Of a DNA stretch of 64,000 nucleotides, positions 48,841 through 58,383 are shown one piece after another. The notes beneath the pieces were generated by a model that saw nothing but the letters and a program-made list of their open reading frames with translations, was not told where the DNA came from and made no database searches. Position numbers and translations under genes: made by a program. The stretch's first letter is position 1. Each line of letters starts with the position of its first letter. The DNA is from an uncultured Candidatus Peribacteria bacterium (GTDB taxonomy: Bacteria > Patescibacteriota > Gracilibacteria > Peribacterales > Peribacteraceae): positions 316-64,315 of the forward strand of contig CAYRGC010000005.1 of assembly GCA_964423795.1 (NCBI GenBank), in the 5' to 3' direction.

Positions 48841-51189
48841 TCACCCCCGCTTCTTCCACTTCGCCGGACCGCGGGCGCGCTTCTTCACGAGGATCTCCTC
48901 GGCCTGCGCCTGGGTGATCGTCGCGGGGTCGTAGTTCTTCCCGAGGCTCGCGTTCGTCTTGCCGTCGGTGACGTACGGGCCGAAGCGGCCGTCCTTGACG
49001 TAGATGATGCCGCCGGAGACGGGGTCCGCGCCGAAGGTCTTGAGCGGTTCCGCCGCCTTCTTGCGCTGCTCCTTCACCTCCGTGAGGAGTTTGACCGCGG
49101 TATCGAAATCGATCGTCGCCGGGTCGTTGAGGCCGTCGCGCAGGCTCACCGAGGTCTCGCCGTTCTTGATATACGGGCCGAAGCGGCCGATGGCCACCAC
49201 GAGCGGCGCGCCGTTGTGCATGCCGAGATCGCGGGGGAACGAGAGCTGGGCGAGGGCCACCTCGAGCGTGAGAGCGTCGATGGAGACGCCCTTCGGGATG
49301 CTCGCGCTCTTCGGCTTGTCCTCCTTCTTGATCTTCTTGCCCTTCTCGGCAGGCGGCATGTGGCCGAGCTGCACGAAGGGGCCGAAGCGGCCGAGCTTCG
49401 CGATCACTTCGAGGCCCGTCTTCGGATCGACGCCGACGATGCGCTCCTTCATCACGTCCTTCTTCTGGATCTCCTCCGTCTTGCTGTCGACGAGCTTCTT
49501 GAACGGCTTGTAGAAGGCTCCGAGGAACTCCGCGCCCGTCTCGCCGCCGTCGGCGATGTCGTCGAGCTGTTGCTCCATCTTGGCCGTGAAAGCGAGGTCC
49601 ACGATGTCCCGGAAGTGCTCCGATAGGAGATCCGTGACGGTGAACGCCACGTCCTCCGGGGCAAGCTGCTTTCCCTCCTTCTTGATGTACCCGCGCTGCT
49701 GGATCGTCGAGATCGTGGGCGCGTAGGTGCTCGGGCGGCCGATGCCTTCCTCTTCCAGCTTTTTGACGAGGCTCGCTTCCGTGTACCGCGGCGGCGGCTT
49801 CGTGAAGTGCTGCTCGGGCTTCAGCGGCTCGCTCAGCGACAAGGCTTCGCCCTTGTCGAGGGGCGGAAGGATCTTCTCGCCGTCCTGCTCCTCCTCGTGC
49901 ACGGCGTCGCCCTCGTCCTTGCCCTCCTGGTACACGCGGAGGAAGCCGTCGAACGCGATCGTCTGGCCCGTGGCGCGGAAGCCGTAGCCGTTGGCCTCGA
50001 TATCGACGCCGACCCTCTTGAGCTCGGCGGCGGCCATCTGGGTGGCCATCGTGCGGTTCCACACGAGCGTGTAGAGCTTGAGCTGCTGGTGATCGAGCAC
50101 GTTGGCGAGCGACTGCGGCGTGCGGCTGATCTCGGTGGGGCGGATGGCCTCGTGCGCCTCCTGCGCGCCCTTCGCCTTCGTCTTGTACTTGCGCGGCTCG
50201 GAGAGGACGTACTCGCGGCCGTAGAGCTTCTGGATCGTCTCGTTGGCGTCGGCGATGGCCTTGTCGCTCAGGTTCACGGAGTCGGTACGCATGTAGGTGA
50301 TGAGACCCACGTGCCCCTCGTCGCCGATATCGATGCCTTCGTAGAGTTGCTGCGCCACGACCATCGTCTGCTTCACGGAAAAGCCGAGCTTGCGCGCGCC
50401 CTCCTGCTGGAGCGTCGAGGTGGTGAACGGCGCCGGCGGCGTCTTCTTCACCTCCTTTTCCTCGATCGCGGAGACCGAGTAGTTCGCGTTCTCGAGGTCA
50501 TTAAGGATGCCGTCGACCTGCTCCTTCGAGGACATCTCGAGCTTCTGGCCCGCCTTCTTCTGGAGCGTCGCCGTGAATTCCTTGCCGTCCTCCTTCTTGA
50601 GGAGCGCCTCCATCGACCAGTACTCCACCGGGTTGAATGCTTTGATCTCGCGTTCGCGGTCCACGATGATCTTCACCGCGACGGACTGCACGCGTCCCGC
50701 GGAAAGCCCGCGGTACACCTTCTTCCAGAGGAAGGGGGAGAGCGTGTAACCGACGAGACGGTCGAGGACGCGGCGCGCCTGCTGCGCGTCGACGAGCTTG
50801 GTGTTGAGAACGCGCGGGTGCTCCACGGCGGCCTTGATGGCCGTCTCCGTGATCTCGTGGAACACGATGCGCTTCGTGGTCTTCGGGTCCTCCTTGAGCA
50901 CCTGCGTGAGGTGCCAGCCGATCGCCTCCCCCTCGCGGTCCTCATCAGTCGCGATCCAGAGGTCATCCGCCTTCTTGAGCGCCTCCCTGAGCTTCTTCAC
51001 CGTCGCCTGCTTCTCCTTCGGCACCTCGTACTCGGGTTCGAAATCATGCTCGACATCCACCGCGAGCGTGGAGCCCGGGAGATCGCGCACGTGACCCATG
51101 CTCGCCTCCACGAGAAAATCCTTCCCGAGGAAGCGCTTGATGGTCTTCGCCTTAGCGGGAGACTCGACGACGACGAGGTGCTTGGCCAT
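48841..51189 (-). CDS. topA: DNA topoisomerase I
   Basis: MAKHLVVVESPAKAKTIKRFLG (Toprim) with the active-site Tyr context ITYMRTDS. The C-terminal repeats are the Cys-less type (GRFGPFVQLG, GRFGPYIKNG, GRFGPYVTDG). The ATG at 51189 is preferred over the track start at 51375. Confidence 0.95.
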   Translation of the reverse strand: MAKHLVVVESPAKAKTIKRFLGKDFLVEASMGHVRDLPGSTLAVDVEHDFEPEYEVPKEKQATVKKLREALKKADDLWIATDEDREGEAIGWHLTQVLKEDPKTTKRIVFHEITETAIKAAVEHPRVLNTKLVDAQQARRVLDRLVGYTLSPFLWKKVYRGLSAGRVQSVAVKIIVDREREIKAFNPVEYWSMEALLKKEDGKEFTATLQKKAGQKLEMSSKEQVDGILNDLENANYSVSAIEEKEVKKTPPAPFTTSTLQQEGARKLGFSVKQTMVVAQQLYEGIDIGDEGHVGLITYMRTDSVNLSDKAIADANETIQKLYGREYVLSEPRKYKTKAKGAQEAHEAIRPTEISRTPQSLANVLDHQQLKLYTLVWNRTMATQMAAAELKRVGVDIEANGYGFRATGQTIAFDGFLRVYQEGKDEGDAVHEEEQDGEKILPPLDKGEALSLSEPLKPEQHFTKPPPRYTEASLVKKLEEEGIGRPSTYAPTISTIQQRGYIKKEGKQLAPEDVAFTVTDLLSEHFRDIVDLAFTAKMEQQLDDIADGGETGAEFLGAFYKPFKKLVDSKTEEIQKKDVMKERIVGVDPKTGLEVIAKLGRFGPFVQLGHMPPAEKGKKIKKEDKPKSASIPKGVSIDALTLEVALAQLSFPRDLGMHNGAPLVVAIGRFGPYIKNGETSVSLRDGLNDPATIDFDTAVKLLTEVKEQRKKAAEPLKTFGADPVSGGIIYVKDGRFGPYVTDGKTNASLGKNYDPATITQAQAEEILVKKRARGPAKWKKRG

Positions 51190-51527
51190 GTGAACGTAGT
51201 GGAGAAGAAAAACCGCGAAGCGACGTTCCGGCTCCGGGCAACGAGCGGGAGGGTAGAGAGGGGAGGGAAACGTGTCAAAAAACGGATGGAAAAAGAAGAT
51301 GTCGCGCACGTGCGCATGCCGCCGTTTCGCCGCCGAATCCCGGCTCACAGAACCGAATGGAAGAGTCTCCACCATTCGTTGACGATCCGGGATTCTGCCA
51401 TGGCGTAGACAAAAAACCCGGTTTTACGCCGTTTCTCGTACATTTTTCGTACTCATGGTTTTTGGCTTTCCTAAGCCATTGTAAAAGAAACATGCCTTAC
51501 GCAAGCCAAAAACTCCGATGCGATGGC

Positions 51528-51555
51528 TTGCACAAGCGGAAAGCGGGACTAGACT
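51528..51555 (+). promoter_or_regulatory. weak promoter candidate for hup
   Basis: TTGCAC, 16 nt, TAGACT, 30 nt upstream of the ATG at 51586. Confidence 0.3.
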
Positions 51556-51585
51556 TCCGGTGTCTACCCCTTCCCCCATCCCTTT

Positions 51586-51861
51586 ATGTCCAAGCAGGAC
51601 CTCATCGCCGCGATCGCGGATGCCGCCGGCATCACGAAGCGCGCCGCCGCGGACTCGCTCCAGGCGATCATCAACATCGTCATCAAGAACCTCAAGAAGG
51701 GTCAGCCGGTCACCATCACGGGCTTCGGCACCTTCAAGCTCTCGCACCGCGCCGCTCGCACGGGCGTCAACCCCCGCAACCCCTCCCAGAAGATCTCCAT
51801 CCCCGCGATGAAGGTCCCGTCCTTCAAGGCCGGCAAGACGCTCAAGGACGCCGTTCGCTAA
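51586..51861 (+). CDS. hup: HU family DNA-binding protein
   Basis: MSKQDLIAAIADAAGITKRAAADSL..GFGTFKLSHRAARTGVNPRNP..I.IPA..VPSFKAGK.LKDAV. Confidence 0.93.
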   Translation: MSKQDLIAAIADAAGITKRAAADSLQAIINIVIKNLKKGQPVTITGFGTFKLSHRAARTGVNPRNPSQKISIPAMKVPSFKAGKTLKDAVR

Positions 51862-51882
51862 ATCCGTTTCGCAATCGTGAAG

Positions 51883-51910
51883 AAGCCTCCGTGAGAACGG
51901 GGGCTTTTTT
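51883..51910 (+). terminator. rho-independent terminator of hup
   Basis: AAGCCTCCG tgagaa CGGGGGCTT followed by TTTT. The stem is 9 bp with one G-U pair. Confidence 0.75.
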
Positions 51911-52033
51911 GTGAATGACCAAATCCCAAGGATCAAAACCCTAACTCTTGGGATTTGAGATTTGGTCCTTGGTCCTTCCCTCGTTTGTCCTTCCACCGCC
52001 ACCTGCTATTCTCCTCTCGAACCCTCATCCCCT

Positions 52034-52573
52034 ATGGACGCCACTTCGCTGAAGGACATTCTCGGCAAGCTCCTCGAGCTCCTCTCCCTCCCCTTTACCG
52101 ACCTCGTGGTCTCGCAGGACGGAGACATCACGCGCGTCGACATCGTGTCGCCCGAGGCGAGCCGCCTCATCGGCTGGCACGGCGAGACGCTCAACTCCGT
52201 GCAGCACCTGCTCAAGTCGATCGTGCGCACCAAGGAGAACCTGGACCGCAGCCCCTTCATCGTCCTCGACATCGACGGCTACCGCCGCATGCAGGAGGAC
52301 AAGGTGCGACGCATCGCGGAGCAGAAGGCCGATTTCGTCCGCCGCACGGGCAACCGCATCGCGCTCGCCCCGATGAGCCCGTACTTCCGCCGCATCGTGC
52401 ACCTGCACGTCGCGAACACTCCCGCGCTCGCCGATCTCATGACCGAGAGCGTGGGCGAGGGCGAATACCGCCAGGTGGTGATGCGCCTCAAGGAAGAAGA
52501 GAAGGGGAAGACGAGCGAGGAACTCACGCCCGTGATCAGCAAGGACGACGGGTTGGAGAATTTGGATATCTGA
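52034..52573 (+). CDS. khpB: RNA-binding protein KhpB/Jag (KH plus R3H domains)
   Basis: RLIGWHGETLNSVQHLL (KH GxxG context) and the R3H context PMSPYFRRIVHLHV. The ATG at 52034 is preferred. Confidence 0.8.
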   Translation: MDATSLKDILGKLLELLSLPFTDLVVSQDGDITRVDIVSPEASRLIGWHGETLNSVQHLLKSIVRTKENLDRSPFIVLDIDGYRRMQEDKVRRIAEQKADFVRRTGNRIALAPMSPYFRRIVHLHVANTPALADLMTESVGEGEYRQVVMRLKEEEKGKTSEELTPVISKDDGLENLDI

Positions 52574-52576
52574 GAA

Positions 52577-52649
52577 GCAACCGGGATTCCAGGCAACCAA
52601 GCAACCAGGAGATCATCCTGGTTACGTGGTTTCTCGGTTGCCTGGTTGC
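52577..52649. repeat. family-B periodic-arm hairpin (7-nt unit) between convergent khpB and dnaJ
   Basis: The left arm is gcaaccgggattccaggcaaccaagcaaccagga. The loop is gatca. The right arm is tcctggttacgtggtttctcggttgcctggttgc. Confidence 0.75.
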
Positions 52650-52650
52650 T

Positions 52651-53733
52651 TTACGTTAGCTTCTTCCACTCTTCCACGAGCTTCCTCTCCTCCCGGCTGA
52701 GCTTCGAGGGGATCTCCACCGTGACCGTGACGAAGTGATCGCCGTGGCGCGAGGTTTGCAGCACGGGCATCCCTTTGCCTTTGATCCTGAGCATCTGGCC
52801 CGACTGCGTGCCGGCGGGCACCTTGAGCGTGACGGGGCCCTGGACCGTCTGCACCGTCATCTCGGCGCCGAGGATGGCGTCGGGCACGGAAACGACGAGC
52901 GTCGAATGGATATCGTCCCCCTCGCGGGCGAACCGTGGATCAGGTTCCACGCGCACGTGGACGTAGAGATCGCCCGCGGCGGCGGCGCGCTCGCCGGCGT
53001 TGCCTTCGCCGCGGACACGGAGCGTCTGTCCGTCGGCGATGCCGGCGGGAACGTCGACTGTCACCTTCGCGCGCTCGCGGCGGCGTCCCGTGCCGTCGCA
53101 ACGGGGACACGCCTTGTCCGGCACCTTGCCAGAGCCGCGGCACTTGGGGCACTGCATTCTCTGCTGCACCTGGCCGAAAAAGGACGACGCGACGCGCGTC
53201 ACCTGGCCCGTGCCGCCGCACTCCGAGCACGCGGAGACCTTGGAGCCCGGCGCGGCGCCGTCGCCCTTGCACTCGGAGCAGGCGCGCAGCGCCTCAAACT
53301 CGAGCGCGCGGGAGAGACCGCTCACCGAGTCGGCGAACTCGATCTCGATCGCCACCTCGACGTCCGCGCCCTTCGCGGGGCCGCGCTGCCGGCCGCCGCC
53401 CCCGCCGAAGAATCCCTCGAAGAGATCGCCGAAGTCGAAGGCCTGGCCGTTGCCGCCCGAGAAGTCGAAACCGCCGAAGCCCCCTCCTGCGCCGGGACGG
53501 AAACCGCCCGCGCCGTTGCCCGTCGTCCCGAACTGATCGTACATCTGTTTCTTCTGCGGGTTACTCAAGGTCTCGTACGCCTCATTCACTTCCTTGAATG
53601 TGTTCTCGGCGCCCTTGTCGCCCTTGTGCTTGTCGGGATGCAGTTCCTTGCTCAGGCGACGGTACGCCTTTTTGATATCGTCCGCGGAGGCGGAGCGGGA
53701 AAGGCCGAGAATCTCGTAGAAATCGCGTGGCAT
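52651..53733 (-). CDS. dnaJ: molecular chaperone DnaJ
   Basis: J domain DFYEILGLSRSASADDIKKAYRRLSKELHPDK, a G/F region, and four CxxCxG zinc-finger motifs (CSECKGDG, CSECGGTG, CPKCRGSG, CPRCDGTG). Confidence 0.95.
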   Translation of the reverse strand: MPRDFYEILGLSRSASADDIKKAYRRLSKELHPDKHKGDKGAENTFKEVNEAYETLSNPQKKQMYDQFGTTGNGAGGFRPGAGGGFGGFDFSGGNGQAFDFGDLFEGFFGGGGGRQRGPAKGADVEVAIEIEFADSVSGLSRALEFEALRACSECKGDGAAPGSKVSACSECGGTGQVTRVASSFFGQVQQRMQCPKCRGSGKVPDKACPRCDGTGRRRERAKVTVDVPAGIADGQTLRVRGEGNAGERAAAAGDLYVHVRVEPDPRFAREGDDIHSTLVVSVPDAILGAEMTVQTVQGPVTLKVPAGTQSGQMLRIKGKGMPVLQTSRHGDHFVTVTVEIPSKLSREERKLVEEWKKLT

Positions 53734-53767
53734 GGGGTGTTTTTCCTCTTCAAAGACTAGACGAAAA

Positions 53768-53777
53768 ATGGTACAAT
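53768..53777 (+). promoter_or_regulatory. extended -10 box (TGgTACAAT) 6 nt upstream of a start codon
   Basis: atgGTACAATgtcacgATG: TACAAT lies at 53772-53777 and the ATG at 53784. Confidence 0.35.
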
Positions 53778-53783
53778 GTCACG

Positions 53784-54839
53784 ATGCCGTCGCGAAAAAA
53801 CATCCTTTCCGTCTGCTTCTCCGCGCTCTCCCTGAGCTACGCGTGGCTGCTGGTGAGCGTCTACGCGCCGGACACGTTCGGCGTGCCCCGCGAATTGCGG
53901 CTCCAGGCGCTCCTCACGCAGCAGAACATCAGCATCGAGGACGTGCCATGGAAGACCTTCGACCCCACGGATCTCGACAAGGGCGTGACGCTCCCCGCCG
54001 GCACCAACGTGGTCTTCACGATTCCGCCCGACAGCGAGGAGATCACGCGCGAGGTGCTCTTCACCGACGCCGGCAAGACCGTCCGCTACTGGGGCTACTG
54101 CTTCGATCCGGACTACGATTACACGCAATCGAAGACCGTCGCCCAGTCCGGTTTCCCGGGGAAGATGTTCCTCTCGGAGGCCGAACGGGCGTGGCGCACG
54201 CTCCGCGAGAAGGCAAAGAAGCCTCTCTACACGATCTTTAATCCCCCCACCAAGGAGGAACTGGGCGCCATGCCGGTGAACGGACCGATCCGGCATCAGG
54301 TCGAGAAGTTCAAGCCGGGGACCACCTGTTACGTGATGTCGGAAAAAACGATCCCCTTCGGTTCGGATCGCGACGGAGACGGGCTCAACGCCGAGATGGA
54401 AAAGGCGCTCAAGACCGATCCTGAGAGCCCCGACAGCGACAGTGACGGCATCTTCGACGGCGTGGAGGCGCTCATGCTCGGTACCGATCCGCTGCGCCGC
54501 GACACCGACGGCGACGGCCTCATCGACGGCCTCGAGGACCGCGGGCACGACGGCAACGTGGACCTCGGCGACACGAACCCCCTCAAGAAGGACACCGATA
54601 GCGACGGCCTCTGCGACGGCTACTGCCGCCAATTCACGGAGAATCGCATCTGCGGCGACAACGTGGGCCGCGACTGCAAGGAGCTCCTCTACGGCCGCTG
54701 GATGGGCGAGGACAAGAACCTTAACGGCAAGTTGGACAGCGGCGAAACCGACCCCCGCCTGTGGTCCACGACCCAGGACGGCATCAGCGACATGCAGACC
54801 TATTACAAGTGCATCCTCGCCGGAGGGAAGAATTGCTGA
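53784..54839 (+). CDS. secreted protein with thrombospondin type-3-like calcium-binding repeats
   Basis: Signal-like MPSRKNILSVCFSALSLSYAWLLVS. The C-terminal half carries repeated DxDxDG motifs (SDRDGDGLN, DSDSDGIFDG, DTDGDGLIDG, DTDSDGLCDG). Confidence 0.7.
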   Translation: MPSRKNILSVCFSALSLSYAWLLVSVYAPDTFGVPRELRLQALLTQQNISIEDVPWKTFDPTDLDKGVTLPAGTNVVFTIPPDSEEITREVLFTDAGKTVRYWGYCFDPDYDYTQSKTVAQSGFPGKMFLSEAERAWRTLREKAKKPLYTIFNPPTKEELGAMPVNGPIRHQVEKFKPGTTCYVMSEKTIPFGSDRDGDGLNAEMEKALKTDPESPDSDSDGIFDGVEALMLGTDPLRRDTDGDGLIDGLEDRGHDGNVDLGDTNPLKKDTDSDGLCDGYCRQFTENRICGDNVGRDCKELLYGRWMGEDKNLNGKLDSGETDPRLWSTTQDGISDMQTYYKCILAGGKNC

Positions 54840-54861
54840 AACGGCCCATATCCGCTATACT

Positions 54862-55446
54862 ATGATGATGCGTCCATACCAATACTCACTCCTCGGCCTC
54901 GCCGCCCTGCTCCTCCCGGGACTCTCCGCGGCGCAGATCTACCTCGGTCCCGAGGACGTGCTCTACATGAACGCGAAGCAGACGCAGCGCTTGAACCCTC
55001 GCAGCGCCGAGAAGAGCGTGATGGAGCGTGAGGCGAAGATCCAAAGCCAGCAGAGCAGCGCCCGCCCGACCGTGAAGGAGTGGTGGGACGAGTCCGAGAC
55101 CGCCTCTCCGACGGTCCAGGACGTGGTGACCCCCCACCTGAGCGATCAGACCTCCTCCGTTTCCACGCACCAAGCGGCCGACTCCTCCTCGTCCGAGCCG
55201 TCGCTCCATCCCGGCGCGAACGTGAAGGGCTCGAGCACGGATCGTATCCAGCAGCGCCTCCTTGAGCGCATCCAAAACGGCCAGTACCGCGTGGTGCCGG
55301 TCGAACTCCCGGAAGTCGTCCGGTACTACAGGGACGGCTACCTCGTGCATTCCGGGCCGGAGAGCGCGCTCGTCGTGCTCGCGATGGTTCCCGCCGCGTA
55401 CTTCGTCATCCGCAAGGCGCGGAAGATGGAGAAGTTCGTGCGCTGA
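54862..55446 (+). CDS. hypothetical protein with signal peptide and C-terminal TM anchor
   Basis: MMMRPYQYSLLGLAALLLPGLSAAQ.. ..ALVVLAMVPAAYFVIRKARK. TATACT (54856-54861) directly precedes the three ATGs, so the third (54868) is the likely leaderless start. Confidence 0.55.
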   Translation: MMMRPYQYSLLGLAALLLPGLSAAQIYLGPEDVLYMNAKQTQRLNPRSAEKSVMEREAKIQSQQSSARPTVKEWWDESETASPTVQDVVTPHLSDQTSSVSTHQAADSSSSEPSLHPGANVKGSSTDRIQQRLLERIQNGQYRVVPVELPEVVRYYRDGYLVHSGPESALVVLAMVPAAYFVIRKARKMEKFVR

Positions 55447-55450
55447 GGTT

Positions 55451-55565
55451 TCAAAGGGGACAAAGGGTACAAGGGGCACAAAGGTAGTTTCGCTTTTCGC
55501 GTATGTATGGATTCCTTTGTCCCTATTTGTACCCTTTGACACCTTTGCAACCTTTGTACCTTTCC
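55451..55565. repeat. family-B periodic-arm hairpin (8-9-nt unit)
   Basis: The left arm is caaaggggacaaagggtacaaggggcacaaagg. The loop is about 29 nt. The right arm is cctttgtcc ctatttgta ccctttgac acctttgca acctttgta cctttccc. Confidence 0.75.
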
Positions 55566-55687
55566 CTTGCGTTCCGCCAGACCAGAGAACGCCGGGAAAG
55601 CCTCGGCAAAGCCGATAACCGAGCGTTGCCAGACAAAAACCCGACGACCTTCCCCGCGTGAACGCCGGGTCTGTTAAGGTGCGCTCG

Positions 55688-57349
55688 ATGTCCTCACCCG
55701 ACCTCTCCCTCACCGGCAAGCGTTGGCACGGGCGCCTCGGGACGACCCGGCATCCCGACATCGCGTCCCTCACGGCGGCGCTCAGGGCCCACCGCGGGGT
55801 CGATGCCGGTACCGGCGGGCCGTTTCCCATCGCGACCCTGCCGGACGCCGCGAAGGCGATCGACCGCGTGACGCGCGCGGTGAAGGACGGAGAGCGCATC
55901 GCCGTCTTCGGCGACTACGACTGCGACGGCATCACCTCGACGGCCCTTCTCGCCCGCATGCTGCGCCGCAGGGGCGCGAAACCGTTGCTCCGCCTGCCCC
56001 ATCGCCAGCGCGAGGGCTACGGCCTCAAGATGCCGATCGTGGAGGAGATGGCGCGCGAAGGGGTGACGCTGCTGCTTACCGCGGATACCGGCGGTTCCTG
56101 CGTGGCGGAGATCGCGGAGGCGGCGCGGCGGGGGATCGACGTGATCGTCCTCGATCACCACCACCTGCCGTCGACGGGCCTGCCGCCCGCGTACGCGCTC
56201 TTGCACCCCGCGCTCCTGCCCGTCCCGCTCGCTTCGCCGCCAGCGGCCGCCGGCGTGACGTGGGCGTTCGTGGACGCCGTCGAACGCGCGGAAGGCTCCG
56301 CCGACTGGGAGGACCGCGACACGGATCTCGCGCTCGCCGCCCTGGGCACGGTGGCGGACCTCGTGGAGCTCAAAGACGGAAACCGCTTGCTCACGCAGGA
56401 GGGGCTCCGCGCCCTCGGAAGGCTGGAACGGGGGGCGCTCGCCTTCCTGAAGATGCAGGCGGGCATCGAGGGAACGCCCAAGAGCAGCGACATCGCGTTC
56501 CGCCTGGCGCCGCGCATCAACGCCGCCGGGCGCATGGCGGACCCCGCCGTGGCCCTCGAGGCGCTGCTCGGCAGCACCGAGGCGGCGCTCCAACTCGAAG
56601 ACTGGAACCGCGAACGGCAGTCGCTCGTCTCCGTCCTCGCGGAGGACGCGACGCGCTCCGCGGGCGACGACGCCATGATCTGCCTGATGGACCCGCGCTA
56701 CTCGCCGGGCGTCTGCGGGCTCATCGCGGGAAAGGTAACCGACAAGTTCGGCCGCCCCTCGCTCGCCGCCTCCGCGGACCCGGACGGACGCTCCACCGCG
56801 TCGCTGCGCAGCGTGCCGGGATACAACGTGACGGAAGGACTCGAGCGCGTCTCGGACCTGCTGACCTCCTTCGGCGGGCACGCCATGGCCGCGGGCTGCA
56901 CGTTCGAGTCGCGGAACTTCCCGGAGCTTAGCCGGCGGCTCGCCGAGGACGTCCGCGCCCGCATGGACGCGTCGGCACTGGTGCCGAGCCTCGCGTACGA
57001 CGCGGAACTGCGCCTGCCGCACGTCACGCTCGACCTGTGCCGCGCGCTCTCCGATCTCGAACCCTTCGGGCAGGGCAATCCCGAGCCGCGCTTCGTCCTC
57101 CACGGCGTACGCCTCACCGACGCGCGGCGCGTGGGACGCGACGCGACGCATCTCCAGGCGCGCGCGGGCAGCTGCAAGCTCATCGGCTTCGGGCTCGGGC
57201 ACCTCGCGCAGGAGACGGCGATCCCTCTCGACCTGCTCGTGCAGGTGGGCATCGATACGTGGCAGGGCGCCATGCGGCCGCAGATGTATCTGCAGGACCT
57301 GCGGGTGCCGGTCGCTCAGGAAGTAGGAGGAAAGAGGAGAGAGCTTTAA
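55688..57349 (+). CDS. recJ: single-stranded-DNA-specific exonuclease RecJ
   Basis: DHH motifs IAVFGDYDCDGITSTAL, LLLTADTG, VIVLDHHH, and GGHAMAAG (DHHA1). Confidence 0.9.
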   Translation: MSSPDLSLTGKRWHGRLGTTRHPDIASLTAALRAHRGVDAGTGGPFPIATLPDAAKAIDRVTRAVKDGERIAVFGDYDCDGITSTALLARMLRRRGAKPLLRLPHRQREGYGLKMPIVEEMAREGVTLLLTADTGGSCVAEIAEAARRGIDVIVLDHHHLPSTGLPPAYALLHPALLPVPLASPPAAAGVTWAFVDAVERAEGSADWEDRDTDLALAALGTVADLVELKDGNRLLTQEGLRALGRLERGALAFLKMQAGIEGTPKSSDIAFRLAPRINAAGRMADPAVALEALLGSTEAALQLEDWNRERQSLVSVLAEDATRSAGDDAMICLMDPRYSPGVCGLIAGKVTDKFGRPSLAASADPDGRSTASLRSVPGYNVTEGLERVSDLLTSFGGHAMAAGCTFESRNFPELSRRLAEDVRARMDASALVPSLAYDAELRLPHVTLDLCRALSDLEPFGQGNPEPRFVLHGVRLTDARRVGRDATHLQARAGSCKLIGFGLGHLAQETAIPLDLLVQVGIDTWQGAMRPQMYLQDLRVPVAQEVGGKRREL

Positions 57350-57392
57350 GCCTGGACAAGCTAAAAAGCTTCCCAAGCTCTTTCCTCTTTCC
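57326..57392. repeat. imperfect hairpin spanning the recJ stop (between convergent recJ and XRE genes)
   Basis: ggaggaaagaggagagagctt (57326-57346) pairs with aagctctttcctctttcc (57375-57392). Confidence 0.6.
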
Positions 57393-57402
57393 TTCGCTCT
57401 TT

Positions 57403-57627
57403 CTAGACCGGCGCCAGCTTCCCCTCCATCGTGAACACCTCCGTCACGCTCACGTTGAGCGCGGAGGCGATCTTGAGAGCAAGGAGGATGGACGGGTTCG
57501 TGCGGCCGCGCTCGATCGACATGATCGTCTGGCGGCTCACTCCCACGCGCAGCGCCAACTCCTCCTGCGTCATGTTCCGCTCGAAACGGAGACGGCGGAT
57601 GGCATTGCGGAGGGAGGCGGTCGACAT
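57403..57627 (-). CDS. XRE-family helix-turn-helix transcriptional regulator
   Basis: 74 aa. LRFERNMTQEELALRVGVSRQTIMSIERGRTNPSILLALKIASALNVSV is a canonical Cro/C1 HTH. Confidence 0.87.
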   Translation of the reverse strand: MSTASLRNAIRRLRFERNMTQEELALRVGVSRQTIMSIERGRTNPSILLALKIASALNVSVTEVFTMEGKLAPV

Positions 57628-57858
57628 GGATTGGAGAGGTGGTGGATGAATTCTACTGATGAAGTCTGGTGGGGCAAGTCTCGTTCACGTCGACGCTCCG
57701 AAGTCGCGTCCGTCGCAGACGACACCTCGGAAAAATACACGCGACACGCGTCCGTGTCCGATGACCGAGATGACAGACCGCGAGACTATGCCCGGATACC
57801 ATTCGCACGCGGGAGTGACAGCACCTCATAACTCATCGGAGAGCGCCACTTGGACTTT

Positions 57859-57888
57859 TTGCCATCGGAAAGCGACGCTTGATAGAAT
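57859..57888 (+). promoter_or_regulatory. promoter candidate for hsp20, leaderless geometry
   Basis: TTGCCA (57859-57864), 18 nt, TAGAAT (57883-57888), then 9 nt to the ATG at 57898. Confidence 0.4.
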
Positions 57889-57897
57889 CCACGCCTG

Positions 57898-58380
57898 ATG
57901 GGATCGTCTCCATTCCACGGGATCTTCGCGGCACTCGCGCAAGGACAGGAAGCGCAAGACGCGGCGCCTGCGCGCTCGCAGGCGAGCCAGCCCGCGCGCG
58001 ACGATTCCGCGGCGGCGCGCTCGTCGTCGCCCTCTTCGTCGTCGACGCCGCAGGTCGGACGCGTGGCGGTCGACATCTTCGAGCAGGACGACTACTTCAT
58101 CATCAAGGCGCCGATCGCCGGCGTGCGCATGAGCGACATCGACCTCGAGGTGAACGACAACGTTCTCACGATCCGCGGCCAGCGGAAGCAGACCGATGCT
58201 GCCGCGGACGGACAGTACTTCCTCCGCGAGTGCTTCTGGGGCTCCTTCGCGCGCAGCATCACGCTCCCGATGAGCATCGACCCGCGCAAGATCAAAGCCA
58301 CGTTCAACAAGGACTGCGTGCTGAAGATCCTCGTGCCCAAGGAAGAGCGCGTGAAGATCGTGAAAATCAGCGAGGCGTGA
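57898..58380 (+). CDS. Hsp20/alpha-crystallin family small heat-shock protein
   Basis: The alpha-crystallin domain VDIFEQDDYFIIKAPIAGVRMSDIDLEVNDNVLTIRGQR..FARSITLP..KATFNKDCVLKILVPK follows a Ser/Ala-rich N-terminal region. Confidence 0.9.
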   Translation: MGSSPFHGIFAALAQGQEAQDAAPARSQASQPARDDSAAARSSSPSSSSTPQVGRVAVDIFEQDDYFIIKAPIAGVRMSDIDLEVNDNVLTIRGQRKQTDAAADGQYFLRECFWGSFARSITLPMSIDPRKIKATFNKDCVLKILVPKEERVKIVKISEA

Positions 58381-58383
58381 CGA

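Noticed and set aside
49807-51408. 533-aa + strand ORF
   Set aside because: It lies antisense to topA.
55694-57376. 560-aa minus-strand ORF
   Set aside because: It lies antisense to recJ.
57403-57627. XRE protein as the antitoxin of a toxin-antitoxin pair
   Set aside because: No small partner ORF lies on either side: recJ ends downstream and hsp20 is divergent upstream. A stand-alone regulator, possibly of hsp20, is more likely.
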